Shown here one piece after another: positions 57,363 to 64,000 of a stretch of DNA of 64,000 nt. The notes under the pieces are model-generated. The model saw only the letters and a list, made by a program, of their open reading frames with translations. It ran no database searches and was not told the DNA's origin. Origin of the DNA: Octopus vulgaris (Eukaryota); the NCBI GenBank assembly GCA_951406725.2, contig OX597817.1, positions 5,394,001 through 5,458,000 on the forward strand. Reading direction: 5' to 3'. Every line of letters begins with the position of its first letter. The first letter of the stretch is position 1. A program made the position numbers and the translations under genes.

Positions 57363-58431
57363 TGTGTGTGTGTGTGTGTGTGTGTATAAAACCCAAAAAT
57401 CGAGGTCTAAGAAGGAAATTAGCGTCAAGCTAAAATGAAATCTAAACTGCTTGCAAAACAATACTCCTGAAATTCATATATATTTTGTCGGTATTTCGTC
57501 TGTCTTTGCATTTTGAGTTCAAATTTCGCCGAGGTCGACTTTGACGTACAGATTATTTAATTATTATTTTTTTTAACTAAACACTTTCAAACTCCGGACA
57601 CTGGTACCATGTGTCACATAGAATGGGTTTTGCACTTAAAACGTTTTTGACAAAATTTTGTATTTTGGAAGTTATTTCGTCAGAAGTTACAGAGTGACAA
57701 TGGACATATTCGTGTTTGATAAGTGCCAATACACGAAACTCTCAGCTTTTGACTTACTCTCTAACTTCTGCCGTTGATATATATACATATTACATATATG
57801 TGTAAAAAAAATCTCATCAGGCAATCGAACCAATGGTTCTACCTGGTCGCTCGACATCCCTAAAAACACGGTTTGCTAAAGGCTGGAATGTCTTTGAAGG
57901 TAGGTTTGCAGTATCAGGGTTGATTTGAGGCTAAATAGCAACAATATTATGGTAAATTTCTATATTAACACCCGCATAATTTTCACTAAGGAAAAGAAAA
58001 ACAAAAAATTTGATTTTTGCGTCGAAACAAGTACCCTGACCTCCTAATATGCTGCAAATCCCTTATTTTGGTTCGGAATCATTGGAATTTTTTTTTCCGT
58101 TGAATGAATTCCTGTGACCTCCTAATATTGCAAAATTAGGTTACTTAAGGTGAGCCTGGTAATTGATGGTTTTGGTGTCATTGTTTGTAACTTTTGGTGA
58201 GCCATGGTGCAACCAACAAAATGGTAAAAATCCCTGCCATTAATTTGGTGTGCATGGCTAATATCAAATAATTCAATCACAACATAGATTTAAATTAAAC
58301 ATGAAAAAATTGAAATATTATCATCAATTACATGGAAAAATAAAAATATCTTTCAGTAAAAATCTTAATTTATTAATTGACACATTATTAATTATCTTTT
58401 AACAGCAATGCCTGAAAAAACCATGGATTAC

Positions 58432-58943
58432 ATGGAAAAATGCGAACATGAACAGTAATATTCTTAAGATTATAAACCTAGAAAAGTACAGGACAAGTTA
58501 CTACACCTGTAAAAGTACAGGACAAGTTATTACACCTGTAAAAGTTTAGGACAAGCTATTACTTCTAGTAAGGAATAAGAAACTATTTACTTAAAATATT
58601 GCAGCTAAAATTAAAATTTTAATATTAAAACTTACAAATAATACTATACTTATTTAAGTAGAATTTAGCTAATTTACTACCTTAAATACAGAAAAAAGGG
58701 ACTAATTAGACAAACTTACAAATTTTAAGTTTTGTACAATAAATTTTAAAGATGAGAACTGTAAAGAGTGATAAATTAGAAGAACTGGTATTCTTTGCCG
58801 CAGTATTCTAAGTAGAAAGTTTCTTATTCTTTACTTCACTAGAATAGCTAGTCCTATACTTTTACAGGTGTAATAACTTGTCCTGTACTTTTCCAGGTTT
58901 ATAATCTTAAGAATATTACTTTTCATGCTCGCATTTTTCCAGG
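58432..58943. repeat. long inverted repeat (150-180-bp arms, ~180-bp spacer), MITE/foldback-like
   Basis: agtaatattcttaagattataaacct..aaaagtacaggacaagttattacacctgtaaaagt is the rc of 58857-58921. Confidence 0.88.
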
Positions 58944-59577
58944 TAGTAATAATAATAACAATATTATATCACGGTCAATATAAATATACTATTTTTTCCT
59001 AACTAATCCGGCAATTTCAAATCTTCCCTGATTATAAAATATCTCCTCTATGATCTGTTACTATCATACCACAATCCTTGTTCTTCCTTGCATTTTAAAT
59101 ATATTTTCTTATCCTATTTCTAATGATAATTATAAATCTATTTTATCTCTATTATAACCCGGTATACTTATGCCTTTTCCATCTAGTATTAATAATTAAT
59201 ATTCTGGTTTTATCTATTTATATAACAATTCCATTATAATATTTTCTTTATTTTCATTTTATATTACCTTATTTCTTTTTTATATATCTTAATATAGCAT
59301 CTTTTATTGGCTTACTTCTATAAAAATATTTTTAATAATTTTTTGTTATGGCTTTTATTATAATTCTTCTCTCAGATATTTTCTTATATTTCCTCGGATA
59401 TTTTATAAATCTTATATCTTATATCCTTATATCTTAAGATTTCGTATATTCTTCATATATTTTTCATAATTTGGGATGTTTTATTAATACTTTCTCAATT
59501 TTAAATGTTTTTCATATAGTCCCACAGTGTACTGTGAACCTATAATTATAAAATTACCATATTTTTACACATTCTGT

Positions 59578-59620
<43 letters not shown>

Positions 59621-60434
59621 TTATATGCTTTATAGTTCATGCTTTAGCATATATATATATATATCTTTTATATTTTTTATATTTTAGTATATTATTTTTA
59701 TATTTATATTTGGTTGTGTTTTTATTTTTATTTTGTATTTCCTTATATTCTTAAAGTTTGTATAGCATAAAAATTTGGTGGAAATATATTATTTAAAATT
59801 TTTTCATAAAATTAGTTATATGATGCAACCTTATATTATTATATATTAAATTACACATAATCCCCGTATTTAGTTATATCTGAAATTTCTAAGGTTAGAA
59901 CTTACTTCTTCAATTCATATCCCACCCATAATCCTTTAAGAGGTATTCCTTTTAACAGTTCACTTTTCCTTCCCCTTTAAAATGACAATAAAAATAAGCT
60001 ATATTGGCTATCACTATCCCCTCTTCTCTTTCTATTATCACCACTCCCCCATCAGCCATTCTCGTTTACCACCCCACGACCTACCTTTTTTAGTGTTGAT
60101 ATAGCCGGATGTGAAGTCCCATTTTCTCAGATAGTAGAACAGTCTGTCATGATACTAATTAATTTATAACTCCTTAAAAATCTAATTTTAGATGTTTTGC
60201 AACTAACATTCCCCCCTGTTGTCTTCGGTGTATAGATAACGGTGTCACTGCTCTCATTCATCCCCCATCTCATACTCTTGCGTATGCTAATTTCTTGCTT
60301 GTCTTTCGCTGTACTGTCCTTTTTTCATTTTGCCAATACATTCAGCAGCGGAATCATTGTAAATATTTGCTTTCTATAGATAATATGAATATGTTTAACT
60401 ATCTAACTTGTCCTTTATGCTTGAGGTCTATGTG

Positions 60435-60520
60435 GTCATCTGATGAGAACGGTTTTCTTTGTAATGATGTAACATTTTCGTTGATAAGTTAAAGGAGTCG
60501 CTCAAAACGGTCGTAATGAA
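60435..60520 (+). ncRNA. hammerhead motif with long stem II inside a Penelope-like remnant (~59000-60815)
   Basis: tcat CTGATGA gaacggttttcttt..aaaggagtcgctc AAAAC ggtc GTA atga; 60770-60810 shares terminal sequence with 51852-51890. Confidence 0.65.
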
Positions 60521-61399
60521 TTGACACTTATACATCTTTGTTACTCATTTATATTTTACTCATTCACCTACCCTGGAATCTTTACTTGGGAAGTATATGG
60601 AAAATATCTTTATATAAAGTACATATCTAAACAATCAAGAGCAGATTTACTTACTAAATGCCATCTGTATACACTGCATGAATATTGAGTGTTAAAATTT
60701 CTAAGCAGAGTTTCATATTCACCTAATATTATTTGAGTGTGCAAATTAGTTCGTCCTAACAACGTGTCTCAATTTAAGTACCTAATTCAACTGAATCTAA
60801 ATTACAGTTTACATATATAGGATCTTTTTTTTTTTTTTTCATTCGCAAAATATACATTTTTTAAAAGACAGTAAAAACAATCTGAAAATTGCCTTTGATA
60901 GTAAAGTTTTCCAGTCTAATTGCTTTGAAGGTATAATGCTGTGGAGAAAAAAAATTGGAGGAAAAAGTTACAGTGGTTCAAAAATTTAAAATTGTGCAGT
61001 TTTAGCGAGACAGAAATTTTCTGCGCTTAGCTGAGCGGTGTCAACTGTAAGGCTGTACCCTGTGAAATTTATGGTTTAGCGTGTGTGAAATGACCTCATC
61101 ATTGTAGGTTTCTACATAAACAGAAATACCTAATAAAATCAACATGTATTATCTTACTGTTTCTTTTGTCTCTTCATTGATTGTATTTTTTTATTATTTT
61201 TATAAAATTTGTTATATTAATATATTTGTCTTTACGTGTATTTCAGTATTATATATACCTGTCATGTGCATCATTAATATATAAGTGCATGTGTGTGTAT
61301 GTGTGTGAGTGTGTGTGGGGGGAAGGGGACGTGTGTCTCCAAAACTTCAAAGTTGAGTATCATTTTCGTGTTTGGATTTGTAAACTAGGATGGGAATTA

Positions 61400-61500
61400 C
61401 ACTGGTCAACAATTTGTCCCAAGAAGAATACATGTATCATATGTTTTTGAGTGCACAATTCAAAAATAATGTAAAGTTATCTGTACTAAGTTCACATATT
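61400..61500 (+). mobile_element. Chapaev3-like left end
   Basis: cactggtcaacaa is the rc of the terminus at 38517-38529. Confidence 0.5.
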
Positions 61501-61620
61501 CCATTCACCTCCATAATGCAAAGAAACTGTATTAAAATCGCAAACAACATTTGCTATTTTTGAAATATATGTAAAATATTAAGAAAATCGACGAAAAATA
61601 TCTATAATAAAAGTCTAATT

Positions 61621-62127
61621 AATAGTTATCGCCATACTTATATGGCAGTCTCATAAATATAAGAATAAAGCTGTCGCTGATTAGCTCCAAGAGGCCACCG
61701 CCTCAAGCTAGCTATTTGACACACAACCTTTAGTCTTATATTTATAAGACTGCCATATAAGTATGGCGTAACTATTAATTTCCAGTAACGCTACCGTAAT
61801 CTCCTTTAGAGAGACTTAGTAATTTTAATATTTCTATTATTGAAAACAAGTGGATGTATTCCACTGAAACTAGGTAAATAGATTCTTCGAACAGGGACAG
61901 TCAGTAGCGACACCTGCTGGGTCTGACTACGCTGCATTGATAAAGGGCAAATACCCTGAAACATGTCTGCAGCTGTCTGACTGGCAAGATGAAGCGGCTG
62001 ACCTCCCCTGTTCGAAGGTTTATAATGGACGCAGGTTGTTTGTCAAATAGCTAGCTCTTGGAGCTAATCAGCGACAGCTTTAGTCTTATATTTATAAGAC
62101 TGCCATATAAGTATGGCGATAACTATT
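61621..62127 (+). mobile_element. ~500-bp element with ~100-bp terminal inverted repeats and a central hammerhead (Penelope pLTR-like)
   Basis: 61621-61729 is the rc of 62034-62127; 61730-61776 repeats the end; hammerhead motif at 61931-61973. Confidence 0.75.
61931..61973 (+). ncRNA. minimal type I hammerhead motif (two core substitutions)
   Basis: gctgca TTGATAA aggg caaata ccct GAAAC AT GTC tgcagc; palindromic ACATGT stem III. Confidence 0.75.
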
Positions 62128-62452
62128 TCTATCCCTAAATGTTGAGTAATGGATAGAAATTATTTTAGATAACTCTAACGATATGCTTCCAATGTAAAAT
62201 CGTACTTTATTACGAGTACTGATTATACACTGGTATATAGAATTTTTAATCTTAGAGTTACTTGACATAAACTTAATTCTATTGACTTCAGATACAATAA
62301 CCTTGTTATTAATATTTCTAGAGGGTTGGATGGTATTAGCTAAATTAATGTTAGTATTAGTAAATGTATTAATATTTAACAGTTTGTCATTATGTGAAGA
62401 GATAATTTATAAGAGATTTTTTTGTGTTTGAAAAATCGATCCTAACCGTATT

Positions 62453-62580
62453 AGCTAGAACGTTTAACTGAGTGCACATGCACATCGGAGTCCAAGGTCA
62501 ATCTGTACTAAGCGGCTTCCCCCTGCGTGCTATAGCTTTGTGGCTATGGCAGAAGTCCAAATAGTCATTGATCAGACCAT
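62453..62580 (-). mobile_element. mariner terminal fragment (family of 45292-45806)
   Basis: ends atagtcattgatcagacca-ta; inverted twin of 63657-63782. Confidence 0.85.
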
Positions 62581-62596
62581 ATATATATATATATAC

Positions 62597-62670
<74 letters not shown>

Positions 62671-62714
62671 CATATGCATATACATATACATATATGTATA
62701 TCTATATGTATATG

Positions 62715-62784
<70 letters not shown>

Positions 62785-62924
62785 TGTATATATACATAGA
62801 CACATATACATATATATGTATATATATATATATATATATACATATATATACATATGTATACATACATACATATATATACATATGTATATATATATATATA
62901 TACATATATATACATATATATATA

Positions 62925-63554
<630 letters not shown>

Positions 63555-63565
63555 TATATACGTAC

Positions 63566-63649
<84 letters not shown>

Positions 63650-63656
63650 ATACACA

Positions 63657-64000
63657 TGGTCTGATCAATGACTATTTCGACTGCTGCCATAGCCACAAAG
63701 CTCTAGCACGCAGAGTGAAGCCGCTTAGTGCAGATTTTGTGGACTCCGATGTGCATGTGCAATCAGTTTAACGTTCTAGCTCACTTACGTTGTTTACAGC
63801 AGTGCTTGGAAGGAAGGTGTGTAGCGTGTGATCGTCGCATTGACCATGACAGACAAAGATGAGATGAGATTGTGTTGTTCTCGACACAATCTAGATCTTG
63901 TGCAACTGAAACCAGAGTGTCTTTTTGGTCAGCTGAAAGCAGTTTTGGCAGACACGCATGTCATACCCAAATTTTCAGTACTAATGGACTGAACTGCACC
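63657..64000 (+). mobile_element. mariner element end, runs off the window
   Basis: tggtctgatcaatgactatttcgactg TIR similar to the one at 45295. Confidence 0.82.

Overview
Eukaryotic, AT-rich, repeat-saturated window with no recognisable host gene. The tRNA-derived SINE families and the extreme microsatellite load point to an octopus (coleoid cephalopod) genome; this is inferred from recall, not from a search. The only long intact coding sequence is a young, 5'-truncated Tx1/L1-clade LINE ORF2 (minus strand, 16193-19144: APE C-terminus, RT, zf-RVT). Everything else is TE debris and simple repeats. The debris includes R4/Dong-like RLE retroelement fragments, Penelope-like fragments carrying hammerhead-ribozyme motifs, a CR1/L2 3' end, four SINE families, and mariner, maT, piggyBac, Chapaev3, hAT and Helitron remnants. 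The simple repeats include a 6.5-kb (TATG)n array. The most notable pattern is that three different non-LTR families each form head-to-tail chains of 5'-truncated copies in their own microsatellite: Tx1 in (TATC)n, RLE family A in (TAA)n/(GAA)n, and RLE family B in (CATA)n. The long pure tract usually lies on the element's 5' side, which suggests microsatellite homing and possibly repeat synthesis during integration. Almost all long ORFs in the supplied track are microsatellite artefacts. Coordinates of decayed elements are approximate and were read by eye.
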